A stretch of DNA of 64,000 bases from Epiperipatus broadwayi (taxonomy: Eukaryota > Animalia > Onychophora). Below are positions 13,040-26,718 of this stretch, piece after piece. Under the pieces are notes generated by a model. The model worked only from the letters and a program-made list of their open reading frames with translations, made no database searches and was not told where the DNA came from. The stretch spans positions 28,582,001 through 28,646,000 of the forward strand of contig JAQFVV010000003.1 in NCBI GenBank assembly GCA_028023455.1, given 5' to 3'. Every line of letters begins with the position of its first letter. The stretch's first letter is position 1. The translations under genes were made by a program, and so were the position numbers.

Positions 13040-14289
13040 GTATATCTTAAAAAAATAACCATTTCAAATATTCTACAATTATTTTTACTTATCCACTCAT
13101 TCTAATTACTTTCTTTTGTTTGCATTGTTAAGACTTTCTCTAACTGGTCAAGAGAAAGAGAGAATAAAATATATCATGTAAGAAAAGGTATTAATCATTA
13201 CATCCATCTTTTTAGCACAATTCTAGTTTTAAAATATCACATAGAATACAATGACTATATTAACAATTTGCATAATTGTAATATTTTACATATAAATATA
13301 AAGCAAATATTAATTCATATTAATTACATATTTGAAAATTAAATATTTTTTCCAAGGGAGGAATCCTCAGTTTAAAAATTCAGTCATGTAATTACAGCAG
13401 TGCTAGTAATGAGATCAGGCTCCAAATGGACATGGATATGTCCAGGCATGCCAAAACTTGGTGCAAGGTTTTTATTTTGTTAAACTTATTTAAAAACAGT
13501 AATCAAAGTTTTTACAATTAAAAACGAAATGACATCTCAGAGACCAGAGGATGAAAAAGTTGAAGGTAGTCATTTCTAATATTTGAGAATATCTCCCTAC
13601 AAATGTTATTAATTAGTTTTTAATATGATTACAAGGACACTCAAATGTGAAATCTTCTAGTTTTTTCTTCTACACCCCCCCCCCAAAAGCACGTTTGCAC
13701 CAATCACAGTAGAACTCTAATATTTATTTTTAAGAAATACAAATATTTCAGTTCTAAATATCAGTGCTTGAATTTCCTTATAATACTATATAATGATTAG
13801 TGAAAGTAAGAATGGATTCACTTATTAAAGGATTGTTAATTAATACATCTCTTAATATTTCATTTGTTTGAAAAACAGTCATAGAATTGGAATTGCATGT
13901 TGGAGATAAAACTGAGTAGATCTTCTAAGTTTTATTTTTAATTTGAATGGAGTATCAGCATGTATAACAAGAATGGAAGTTTGTATTTTGTAGATGGTCA
14001 TCATTGTTTTCTCTAAATATAATAAAGAAATGCAATGTAATGAAAAAAAATCATAATTTCTTTTTTTTTTAAGTTGGTTCTATTGTTGTTGTTTTTTTGT
14101 CCCATATAAATTTACTATGTATGGCTTTGCTTTTTAGTAAAAGAGTTTGTATATTTAATTATAAGAGTGTAATAGGTGATTTTGGAAAACAGCAGGAAGA
14201 CTTTTGCATGAATAGAGAAGGTATACTTTTGAAAAAGAGTTTATGACATTATCATCTGAAAATAAAAGCTGTTTTTTGTCTTGTTCTAG

Positions 14290-14735
14290 AATATTATCAA
14301 TCAATAGTATTCTGTCCCATGGACAGGTACAGAGAATAGTCACATCATCAATTCATCTATTTTTTTCAACTATATTGTCTTAATTCCCAAAGTCTTTATT
14401 TCTACATAACTCTTCCCATCTCTTATATCATCCAACAAAGTCAATCTCTTATATCATCCAACAAAGTCAATCTTTTCTGCCCTTTCTTCTTGCTTCTACT
14501 CATCATTCCCTCCAAAACATCTTTCATTAAACTATACTTTCTTCTTAATATGTGTCTAATCCAGTTTCTCTTTCTAATTTCCTCAATCAATCTTCTTTTT
14601 TCATTTACTCGTTTCAAAACTTCATTTATTTTATTTATCTAATAGCTTTTTCCATTCTTCTCCATGTCCACATCTCAAAGGCTTCCAATCTGTTCCAAAT
14701 TTTATTACTCATTGTCCACATTTCACAACCATCCT
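14290..14735 (-). mobile_element. 3' fragment of an RTE-clade LINE
   Basis: Minus-strand translation GCEMWTMSNKIWNRLEAFEMWTWRRMEK...NEVLKRVNEKRRLIEEIRKRNWIRHILRR...DVLEGMMSRSKKKGQKRLTLLDDIRD matches the RTE ORF C-terminus, followed by the typical 3' tail. A short internal tandem duplication (about 26 bp) lies near 14421-14470. Confidence 0.85.
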
Positions 14736-17501
14736 GTAACGATATATAAATATGCCATTACATTAAATTGAAATAAAAACTTTTAAAGTTCGCAAATAAA
14801 AATAAAATCTATTAAAAAACTAAAAGCTAAAATGTTTGTTAAACGTATATATATTCACACAGATGCAAAACTTTAAAAATATTTTTTTTATATAAATAAA
14901 GTATTTGAACGTATTTTTTTTGATAAAAAAATACAAGATTTAAATATAAAAATATTTTAATAAAGAAATAACGTAAGTTAAAATAAAAACAGGTATTTAT
15001 TAATTCCTGTAATCTGTAAATGGAAATGATTGTTTATTAATTGAAAAGCAAGCTAGCCTTGGGGCTCTTGTGTAATTCAAAAGTCAGATGAAAATTAGAT
15101 AAGAGAATAAAGAATTAGCTTGTCCAATATAGAAGCAGCAAATAAAGGCCCGGACCATAACGAAAAAATGGAACAGTGATGTTTTTGTTCGTGGAATCTA
15201 TAGGAGGATTATAAAAAGAAATATTCAGTTTCCTGACAGTTTTGAGCTTGATTTGGTGAGATGAATGATAAGACGCACTTGTCGTTCTCTCTCACTTATT
15301 TTAAAAATGAAAAGACTGTGATACCCGAATTGAAACAGCTAATGCTACCTCCAAACTATCAGACCGGTCTTCCCTGAAAGTCTTCGTGGGAATTGCCAAC
15401 AGGAACCTGGATTCTACTGTAAGCTATATGAACTAAACAATTTTTAAAATCATAAAAAAAAAGAATAATTAAGAACTTTCATCCGGGTTTGACAAATTTA
15501 ATAAACAAGCCAACTTAAATGTTAAAATGGACTCTTATCTGACTTTTGTAAGTTTTTAGATCAATTAATAATGTTTAATTTTATATGTTTTGCGTTTGAT
15601 AAACATCATTTCCATTTTTTTTCTTATTGTATAAATTATTTAAATGCATGAAATTTAAGTTGGGTATAGATGTTGCATGGATTCATTAGTGGTTAATTAT
15701 GTTGTGGTTTTCATATTCGATTAGAATATATAGGTCATCGATGTCGATGCGGTATCTTATGATGAATACCATTGGGTTTCTTGTATTCCCTCTGCAATTG
15801 ACATTATCGATGACTTTGTATTTTGATCAGTTATGTCTATTTTGGAATGTTTTTAACCGTGGAATCTATGCAGCCGATCTATACTCAACAGTATAAAACA
15901 AATTGTATAAAATTCATCTGCGTGAACATATCTAAATGTTAAATTTAAGTCGGGCAGAATGGTTATATAGATTTGTAAAGTTATATATATATATATAGTT
16001 TAAGGGAGGGAAATCTTAGGTTATTTGTTTCGTAGTTAAATTGGGTCAATGGATTAGATGTATTGATGTAATTAGTAAATGTAGCAGGAGATCCGCTACG
16101 GGTAGGATTGCATATATACGCCACACACCTTCTGTTTGCCTCTGGATGGGATTGTAAGTCAGCAAAAAGGACCGCAGTCCATTCCTATGGAGTTTTTTGT
16201 TTATTGTTCTACTCGCCAACAGATGTAGCATTCCTGTTGGTTGAGAGACAATGTCTTCTCTAACTCTACTTACTGTTCAGATGTACATTCCTGACAGTAT
16301 AGTATTTTGTGTTGTTGTATTCATGCTGCATTGAATACATCAATATATCTGATGGATTGACGTTGGTTTGGCTGCGAACTTTTGGCCTAAGGTTAAATAA
16401 GGGATAGAACATTTTCTTTTCAAATACAATCTATGTGGTCTATTCATACTCGATTCACTAAATAAATATTAAACTCATTATTGCAATCTATTTAAATGTA
16501 AAATTAAAAGTTAATATAAAAATCTAAAATGTTAAATTTATTCCTCAAAATTTAAAATGATTCAAAATTTATATGTGTGTAAATAAATATTTGTTTGTTA
16601 TTTACTGGCAGTGGCTTTTATTTTTTTATATATATTTAAGATGCAATTAAACAAGTTATTTATTATCTCTGCATCTCCATGAGCTAGTGACAATGGGAAA
16701 ACGATCTGAATATTTAAATAAAGTGGAATCTTAGCAGCGCGTATCTGCCTACTTTATAAATTTTTATAGGTTCAAATGCCTAGATGGCGCCCCTGTAGTG
16801 CAGATTGCGGTTAGATTCGATCTTCACTTTCATTGGATCATTATAATACATTAGTACATTCCACACATAGTAATTAATTAATCTTTTTTTTATTTTATTT
16901 TTTCTAAAGGTCCACAAAATATTTTCTTTCTCTTAATAAATGCATCTTTTGCCAATGCTATTCTTCTAGAATATTATATGGCAAATGAATAAGAAAGCTC
17001 AATTAATTTGAACAACTCAGAATTTACAACTATATCATTAGGATTACTTTTATTATTTTTATGTGTGTGTGCATGTATGAATGAAGAGATAACTTTAAAT
17101 AATCATAAACTTTCAACAGTGTATTTCACTTTGATGTCTCCTTATCATTCCTATATCTTTATCATGTAGACATTATATTGCTTTTTCACTAAGAGTCCAA
17201 GGCTCAGATTAATGTATAAACACTAGAGATAGGGTCATGTGATCTATGAATTGATATATGACTCTTATTTTGACTATTTACTAGATGTACTAGTCTTACT
17301 GTGTGCAGTATTCTCTGACCTTCTGTACTGATTAATGGTGGTTGTATATTATCAGTTCTGTGGATTATATTACTCTTGCAGTTGATGTTAAACAGACTAT
17401 GTCTTTATGCAATCATGGTCATGTATTGTAATGATGAGCTGTTGATGATATAATTGGTTATTTATTAAACAAATCAATAAAATTATTTTGTTGATTCACA
17501 G

Positions 17502-17521
17502 AATGCAGCACAAGTGATAGG
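17502..17521 (+). other. Candidate 20-nt exon
   Basis: Strong acceptor TTTTGTTGATTCACAG and donor GG|GTGAGT; coding status unknown. Confidence 0.3.
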
Positions 17522-19399
17522 GTGAGTTTATTTTATTTAAATAACATGGGTAAATTCTTTTATTTATTTTAGATAAACTATTCATTACATTCCTTGCTTT
17601 CTAAAAAAAAAAAAATTGATAGCAGATGTTCTGATGTTTATTGATTTTTCCAATACATTTCCCCCTAATGTTTTGAACTTTTTTGTACCTCTCTGCTAGT
17701 GGTCTTTTTGGTTGTATTATTTCTTCGCTAGAAGCATCTGGATAGATGTAGTATATGGTTAATTGCCCTCAATGACACCAGTGTTTTTGACCCTCTAACG
17801 TTTTCATCACCATGGAATGATGATCACTTCTGATAAATATTTAGTATAATAATATAATAACTATAATTTTCTGCCATGTTTTCTATAATGTACACTTTAA
17901 GGCTGAGGTTAGATAACTTAAATTCTCAGTGTTTTATTAATGTTTCAATTGGTGATTTGCTGCGAGCTGTAGGAGTTGTGAGCAATGCTAGCATTTTGGC
18001 TGAGCACTCTTTCCAATCACCTGCTGTTTCCTTTTAGTTTTTTTTTTATCTCACACAAAATCCACTATTGCTTTCTGTATGTAACAATAATGTTAAAATA
18101 TGTAGAATTTCATTTTTTAAACAAAAATGTCTAAGCTGATTAGATGCAAAAACTGTTCTGTTAATCAAAAACAATAGCTATAAAGAGACTATTCTTGGCA
18201 AATTTTCCCAGTTCACCAATAGTGACAGGCATGGAAAATAGATCAATTATCTGTAACTCTTTGGGTAAGGCATTCTTGACAATAAGGAATGAGGGTTGAT
18301 TATTGTCTTAGATAACAATTTTTTTTTTATTTATTCACTCTATATTCAAATCTATAACTAAGTTACCAAACTCAATAGCTGATCACTTTGGTTATAATTC
18401 TAATGACTATTATCTACTATATAATGCATTTATTTTCAATGGACTTTTGCTTTTTCATTCACAGAGGTTTGTGCGAGTTTTGTGGCATTTTAGATGCTCT
18501 TTCATGCACATCTATTTGTTCAATTGCTATATCAATGATTATTTGTTGGCCACTTAAATATTGCTAGCTGTTAATTTGATTACCATTTTGTAAATTGGTC
18601 ATATTAATCATTTATTTTTCTCCCTCATTCAGATTCAGTCATATCTGGCAACTACTAAATGCATAAATTGACTTTTTTTTTTCTGTACATGTTGCATTGT
18701 AAAATTGTAAGCATTCAGAAGGTTGAACCATCTTAGCATACATGATGAAATACAATTGGGAGCTCATTTTCAGTAAAAAACATGATTACTTTTTTCTTTA
18801 CACATTTCAAAGAAAACTTCAAAAGCTTTCAAACCCACATCTAAGCACTTTATAATATCAGATGAACAAGATAGCTCCAAACCATGAAATTTTTTGCAAA
18901 GCTCAGAAAAAATGCTGGACTCATGCTATCCAGGACCTCCAGACATGCCTAAATTTCTGTTTTCCTATCTCAGTCAATTCACAACAGATTTATTTTATCA
19001 AACATGGCTGATTGCTTATCGAAGGAGCTATATTCAATTTTATTTGTCCCATTTTGCAATAATTCATTATCACCATCAATGTTACAAAATATCAGACCTA
19101 TATCTATGAGTTATTAAGGAGAGAATAGAACCATAATATATTATCTATATTGTCTCTCAATTTGCAAATAAAGGCTCATCAATAGGTCAAGCAGTGCTAC
19201 TCTTTAAAACAGTTTTAGATATATTGAGTAATGCAAAAATTATAGCCCAATAGCAATACAACTGTGCACAAAAATGACTTGATTCATTATCAGTTGATAT
19301 TATAGAAACATTAACAAAAACAATAGCTAAGCCTATGTTACATCTAATCACAAAACTTAATAAATAAAGCTCATATAACATTAAATACATAGCATTCTT

Positions 19400-19790
19400 A
19401 GATTTTATTTCTATTTAAGTTACATGGCAATGAGACAGATTGACAAATATAATAGAAAACATAGGAATCATTGCTTTCAAAAGCATACCTGTCTCTTTAT
19501 TCAAAAGTAGCACTTATAAACATTATTTATGACCCAAATCACATATTGCATTCTTATAATAATCTTTACAGAATTTTTTAGATCAAGAATCTATTCATTA
19601 TGTAGGAGACTGCAGTAGAAAAAGAAAACAGCTGCAAATTCACTTGAAAGATTACAAGCACATACCCATCTCAGCGGTCTAGGATTGCATTCAATACATT
19701 TATTTAGAGTACAAAAAGCAATCGACCTGATATCCATGATTAAAACTTTCCAAACATTGAATCAAAGATCATAATCACACTAACAGAAAA
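19400..19790 (+). mobile_element. Penelope-like element remnant (RT thumb and GIY-YIG endonuclease)
   Basis: DRLTNIIENIGIIAFK followed by IHYVGDCSRKRKQLQIHLKDYKHIPISAV, resembling the PLE motifs ..I.TAFK and YVGET.R.L..RL.EH...SAV. Confidence 0.55.
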
Positions 19791-19959
19791 CTACTGCCTT
19801 ACTCAAAACATTGGGCAATAATCTTAGAAACAATTATAATAATAACAAGTTTTAATAAATTCATACAGGACAAATGCTAATATTGGCAAGTCTTTTATAG
19901 CATAGTACCGAAATATGGGAAAAGACAAAATCTTACCAATGCTGGGTCTAAATAACAAA

Positions 19960-20150
19960 CAACTTTTACAAAGATTAAGGCATTGGTCATTTGAATCTCT
20001 TAAATTGAACATGGTCAATACCAACTTTAAAGTTCTTCAAATATCAAAGAAACCATAACACTGATGTATATGCGAAGCATGCCACAAAGAAGAAGAGGAT
20101 TGAAAGCATTTTCTCCAAAAATGTATTAGTATAAACTCTATCAGAACCTA
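19960..20150 (+). mobile_element. LINE ORF2 C-terminal CCHC fragment
   Basis: ICEACHKEEED*KHFLQKCISINSIR fits the C-x2-C-x8-H-x4-C motif of non-LTR retrotransposons; preceded by LQRLRHW. Confidence 0.6.
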
Positions 20151-20199
20151 CATCAAGTCGATTTACAAAAAAAAAGAATAATATTCATACAATCTTAGA

Positions 20200-20400
20200 A
20201 TCTTTTTCAATGGGGTGTTATGCAGAATTTTTTCACAGAACTATTTTTATATGTCTTGTAGTATACAAGATGCATTTACAATTATAACGCTAGAAGGCAT
20301 CCTAAGACATTTAGAAAACAAAGTTGGTCAAATAAGAATAAGAGACAAAAAAATCATTCTACCAGAAGTGTTTGCAGATACTTGGTCTCTCATACCTCAT
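20200..20400 (+). mobile_element. LINE reverse transcriptase fragment (motifs 4-5)
   Basis: LEGILRHLENKVGQIRIRDKKIILPEVFADTWSLI resembles the RT segment ending in FADD. Confidence 0.6.
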
Positions 20401-20559
20401 TATTCCAACTTATAATGAGATTTTCTTTTTTTGTTTAGTTATGATTACAGAACCAATGTAATTAACAACTATTTATCACTGTAATTAACATTCATTTACA
20501 ATGTAATCAAATATATTTTAGTATTGTTTGTATTTTTTTTTAATAAAACCCTCTTTTGA

Positions 20560-21500
20560 AATAAGTTTAAAAAAATTTCCCGTGAATGTATTGATAGGAT
20601 TTTTAGATGCCTATAACCAAGGTTTCTCTGTCCTCTTGAAATTAACTTTTCAGCCCAAAATCTAAGATAATTAATTCAATGAATCAGTCCCATTTTTGAT
20701 ATTGTGTGATAGATTGCTCCCATTTCAACTAGTGAGGTATCAAGAGTAGTAGTTCCTCCATAGAATAGAATGGATTAGCTCTTTTGCATTAGTTATTATT
20801 TTTTAAAATGATATCTCACAATCATGTGACTTTTTTGTTTAGTAATCTATATAATAGTTTGACTATTTTTATTTTTTGCTGAATAAAGCCTTTACAGAAA
20901 TTAATGAATCTTGGAGATCTTTTTTTGTTTTTGAAAATTTGATCTTTCAGTATAGCTTATATCTATAAATTTCTAATTCAACTTTCAATACACAATTATT
21001 AGGACTTATTTTAATTACTGTTTTCTTGAATTTATATAAAATCAACCCTTGATGAATACCAAAATTTGTTTGATTTTTTACTACTAGTAGGAAATAAAAT
21101 AAGGGATGGCTCTAACATTCTAGTTGCAAGCTCTTTGTATGTAATGATAGCTATTTCAAGCTCTTTGTATGCAGTGATAGCTATTGCCTTGAATGCTTTG
21201 TTATCAATCTCTCAGCTAAAATAGAGAATTTCTGTTTTATTAATGAAGATCAGGGGAAGATTAATTATTAAGTGATAGTGCTTATTTTATACTGTAGTGC
21301 GATAATAATCCCCACAAATGTATTTTTCTTTATGCTTGATAATAGCTAGTATTGATCTATCCATTCTGAACGAGATATTGGTTTAATGATTTCCTCAGCA
21401 ACTAGATTACCCAACTTCTCAAAACAAAAAGTATTGGCTGACAATTTTAAGTGATTAGTTTTAGTAAATTATTTTATGTAAAGAGATATTCGTTTATTAT
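20560..21500 (-). mobile_element. Highly decayed LINE RT region
   Basis: Scattered minus-strand peptides (ILFYGGTT, GIIIALQYKIS, QIKISPN) occur in the order expected for RTE-like ORF2, with many stops. Confidence 0.35.
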
Positions 21501-22368
21501 TAACATTCATAAAAAAGTGCATGTACATTAGCTTGAAATGCTGATCTTTAGTTTATTATAAATTATTTTAGATAAATGGATGGGTATATCTTGTTAATAC
21601 CTAGTGCTGAGTCAAAAACTTCATAGCATATTTTCTTTTTAAAACTGCTGTGCATGCCAGTCATGATTTAGTTCACATTGATTGATGAATAGTCTAGGGA
21701 TCTGAATTAATTACAGCCATTAAATTGATACCAATTTTCCACAATACTAGCAAAGGCAATTGGGTAATTAAAACTCTGAAGTTTAACCAGTGCCTTTTTC
21801 AGCATTGCTCTGGTAATCGCAGGTACATTTTAAAGTTTACTAGTGATCCTCTGGATTTCAATCAGTTTTTTCAAATAATGAAAACTTTGAGTAAGTGTCA
21901 ATTTCCATGTTGTGAAAGTGCCATTAATGAATTCTAAACACTATTATTTCATTTTGGTCTTTAATAGTATTTATTTTTAATTTCTTACTAAACAATTGTT
22001 GACCTGATTTTTTATAATATGGTTTATTGACCTAATTTTGGGGGGCTTATTTTTTTGATATTTAGCTGCTACAAATCCTATGTAATTGCAAAAACAAATC
22101 ATATTTATGAAGGAACACTAAGTGCCCCTATTGATTTATTTGCAATGATAATTTTTTTTTTTTTTAGTTTATATGACTGCAGTTGCTTTGCACACTGTTT
22201 AATGTTACTACTCTGCTATTTGATCTTTGGCATCTTTTCTAACAATTTTAAGTTCTGATTTTTAAAAACTTTATGTAGTCTTCTTATCCATGAATTCTAT
22301 TAAAGATGTCTAGAAAAGTACCAATTCAAATATTGTATAGAAACCATTAATAACTTGATTCTAAGCCA

Positions 22369-22415
22369 CAAGGGTGAGCAATAGCTGGTCTGCGGGCAAC
22401 ATCCAGCCTGTGGTG
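22369..22415 (+). mobile_element. hAT left-end fragment
   Basis: CAAGGGTGAGCAATAGCTGGTCTGCGGGCAACATCCAGCCTGTGG resembles a CAGGGGTGGGCAA...GGCCCGCGGGCCACATCCGGCCCG hAT terminus. No matching right end or TSD was found. Confidence 0.5.
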
Positions 22416-25400
22416 ATGTTGAATACAATCAGATCTATAATCGCCTAAATATAGAAAATCCATACCTGAATACATATGCTGTAAATGGCCTATTACTTAC
22501 ACATTCATATAATGTTAACTTTATCTTAATGCCATGAAAAATATTAATTATAAAAATTAAAAATTTCATCATAACTTGCATAAATTTAATCATAAGTTCT
22601 AAAATACCAATTTTATATTACAAAATATAAAAATGTGGGAGAAATCACTTAGCAAATAATGTTAATTTCTGTTTTTAAAGAATATTATTCCTATGACTTT
22701 TACTTTTTTTGCATTTCTTCATATATATATTGTAACCATTCGCTCGCCCTATCAACTACCCATCATGCCGAACCCATTGCGGCACTAAAAATTGTAACCG
22801 TAAATTGTGTGGTCCCAACTACAGAAACGCAAATGCACTAAGAATCATAACTTCTATCACTGATCAATTTACGTTGCACATTGTCAGCTATTAAGAGCTG
22901 TATCCAAGAGCATATCATGCTATCTATCTTACGCACCAAAGACCACAATCAACATCTGGAGCAACTTACCACAGACCAAACTAATGATCTAACCTAAACT
23001 TTTTATGTTTTAATTTGATCGCAGCCAGGGTGTACCGCGAAGAACTACCATAGTAGTATGATAAAATACATTAAACAAATTATAAGTGCAATGTTATTAT
23101 TTTTTAAACCTTAATTTGCGATTTTTATTGTATGAGACCCGATGGCCGACCATGTACAAGATGGCATAATTTGTGGAACTACATAAAATTATGAAATTTT
23201 AAACCATCTATATGATTTCTAATACAAATGCTAGTCCAGGTAAAGCTTTGCAATAAATAAACATAATTACTTGGGTTCTTTTATAGTTTACTATATCATT
23301 GAGACTCTTATTATACTGACGAATGACAATTTAAAAACGTTAAGTAAATATATTTAATCGTGTCATTATTTGGTAAATCTGTTTACAAGTTTAATAATCA
23401 ATTTGTATGGTATACTAGAATCAACTACGCAAAGCCAAAATGATGGAAAAGGTAAATGGGATTTTATTGTACCTTACACATCATAAATTACCAAAGACGA
23501 AAGCATCTAAATGATTTCTCAAAAATATCAATAAACTCTTATATCATGTTGACAATAGTATGTATTTCAATGTATGCTCTATCCAAGGTTTATGATTTCT
23601 GATTTTACGAATGACACATAGCAACGGCACAGTAAGTTTAATTATAAATCAACTTTTATTTACAAAATTATGAATAATAAGTAATTAATTCCAATGTTAT
23701 AATTAAAGACATAAATAAACAAATAAAATAAATAAATTATAATTCCATCGACTTTCTTCAATAACATCTCATAGGTACAGTTTTTAAGAACCTAATCATA
23801 CCTTATATTTCAATTTGATACAATGAATATTGAGAAAATTATACTAAATTCAGCATCAACTCATGAAATATTTAACGTCATTTCCAGATTCAATAAATCC
23901 ATACCGTAAACTTATAATAATATAATAAATAATATTATGTCTGTAGGATTTAGCTACAATGCAATCATTAAATAAAGTGATAATTTAAACTTACACTCCG
24001 GTAAATAATAATCAACCAACAGTTAATTATTATGAAGTAACTTGAATAGAATGTCCTGCTACAAGTTGATGATCTAACTTATAAATTATGCTTACAAATG
24101 AAAGAAGATGATTTAGCAGATTAACGAAAATACTTTGCCCAACTTATATCTATGAAGTAAAACATATTCCTGTGGATGTATTCATCTACATGGAGGAATT
24201 AAACAACACTAACGTTTTGTGGATTTATACACCATCATAAAGCAATAAGTACAAGTACACCATTCCACGGATTAACCACCAGCGCAGGAATGAGTGTAAA
24301 ATACAAAAATGGCAATAAAGTAATCTGCGGATTAACCACCAGCACAGATTAATGCCCTTTACATTCTAAAACAACATTACTATTTACTTCACATTAAAGT
24401 GCAAAATCATCCCCCTCAGTTATTCTGACCATTTAGAATACACTAACACTTTAGCAAATGTGGGTTCTTGCATAATAAATGTTACGCTAATCAGGACAAC
24501 TAATGTACTAACTTATCTTGCTTAAAATAAAACATATGTAATATAGTATAAGTAATAGTATAGGAATATAAATCTGGAAAGACTCACAAAATACCTCATA
24601 AAGATTAATACATCTCATGAATTCATTTAGTACTTTTCAAGCTTTTTCGCAAGCGCTATTCTCTTGAATAAATATTTTATTCAACCCCTATTAATTTAAA
24701 CTTAATAAAATATAACTTATGAACTTCATATGCAAGTTCATATAACGATAAAATTAAAGTAATGCATTATTCATCAAATACATAAAATTTAACAGGTGTG
24801 TGTATGATATAAATTAAACGTATCGCATTTTATAGTTCAACACATGAATTAGAGCAGGTGTGTGTATCACAAATTGGATTATATAGCATTTTATAACTCC
24901 AAATATGATCCGTGGAATCCATGTACGATGTGTCAAACAACAAATACATGAAGCAATAGCTATAATTATAGTTAAATTCCATACATGCAATTTTATCCAT
25001 TTGTATTAGTTATTATAATCACTATTAGAGTGACGATTTTACGTGGCTCCATAAACATGAAACAATTTCAAAACATGACACGCAGAATTTAAATGAAAAT
25101 GTTTCTCATAAGTTATTAATTTCTACATTTCTCTATTAAAATGTTCCAAGTTTATCACATCCATGCTAATATTTATTTATCCACGCTTAAATCTAGGAAT
25201 ACTAATTATAAAAATTAATTTAATCATTTCAAACTGACGTTAAAATTAGAAAATAGCTTTGATTAACTATTTTGAAGACGGTTTATTATCCAAATGTTAA
25301 ACAAATTAACTAGCAAATATATGATTGGCATTGTAAAGTTAAATATCAATTAATACTATATTTTATTAGAATTAGAAACGGAAATATTAAACTATATTGA

Positions 25401-26285
25401 TAACTTTAACATTTTACTTTAATTTAAACTTCTTTTTTAAAAAGCAAATTTTCATTTTCATAAAACTTCTGTAATTAAAATACTTACTTAATTTTTCCAA
25501 ATTGTAGAATAATAAACATTTTAAAACATACCAAACTCTTGCAATTAATTCTTTTAAACTGGGAAGCTCCGACATTTTAAAAATGTAATATTGGAAAATT
25601 TTTACCGGTGATTTGATCCACTTGGCCAGCCGACTTGAACAGACTTTTTAAATTTAGCAATTCATCTTAATTAAATACCACTAGGTTATTTTTATGTTTA
25701 TAGCAAATTTTATGGTAATCTGTTTACTTATTAACTATTTTAAAATAAGCTTATCAAATTTACACCATTTGCCTTTACCATTTTCTTTTCTTTCTCCCTC
25801 CAAAAGCAAACTAACAGACGATCTCCTCTTAAATTCGCGCTCTTTTCTTTTATTACATTGAGACGCATACGTAATTACTGTATTTATTTTTAATAATTAA
25901 TTTTAATTGAACAAATGGTTTTTTAATTCAATGGAAATAATAATTTAAGATCATTTTAAACAAATAAAAATAAAATATTATTCTTAATAATATTTTACCA
26001 AATTTAAATGTGTTGTCAAATTTTTAAAAAGTTAAACATTTTGATATAAGTTAGCATATGGAAAGAAGCAAATTTAAATTTATTAAAATAATATAAGAGA
26101 GTAATCTGTTCAAAGTGCAAATCAAGCCAATCAAATCACCAAAAGAAGAAAGAGAAATTTTTATACCAGTTACATCAATTAATATATTTTATACTAAAAT
26201 ATATGGTTACAATATATATATTACTTTTTGATAAATCTCATATATGCTCTAATGCAAATTTTTATACAATTCCTCCTTTATTTTT

Positions 26286-26323
26286 CTAACAGTTTTCAAC
26301 TAGCCTGCAGTCTTCATCAGAGC
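26286..26323 (-). ncRNA. Degenerate hammerhead-like motif (left arm)
   Basis: Minus strand GCT CTGATGA AGACTGCAGGCTAGTT GAAA ACTGTTAG; homologous to 30136-30178 with stem II partly lost. Confidence 0.4.
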
Positions 26324-26718
26324 TACATTTAAACATATAACCATTATTTTATATACATATTTTACATTATCATAATCAAATTTTATTTTTAACTCTATAC
26401 CTTTACTTCTCTTATTTCATAATTATTTTATTTCTTTATTTCTACTTATTTTTTATTTCTTCTATCCTATCATTCTATATTATTCTTTAATACATCTCTA
26501 TCACCTTTCTATTTTATTTTAATACCTCTTAATCTAATTTCTTTCTATTATTTATCTATACTTATTCTTTTATTAATAATTTTTATTTATTCCTATGTCT
26601 ATCTTTAGTAATTATTCTCATTTTTAATTTACTTATTCATTTTACTCACCTTTGTATAACCTCATTTCTTTTTACATTTATAACATTCTTTAGCTTCTTT
26701 TTCATATACTCCTTTAAT

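Noticed and set aside
14733-16411. One large TG...CA LTR interrupting the RTE fragment
   Set aside because: The flanks (CATCC vs TTTTC) give no TSD. The region is LTR-like but its boundaries are unsupported.
22746-22757. GCCCTATCAACT resembling 18S rRNA
   Set aside because: The match is 12 bp only and the flanks do not follow rRNA.
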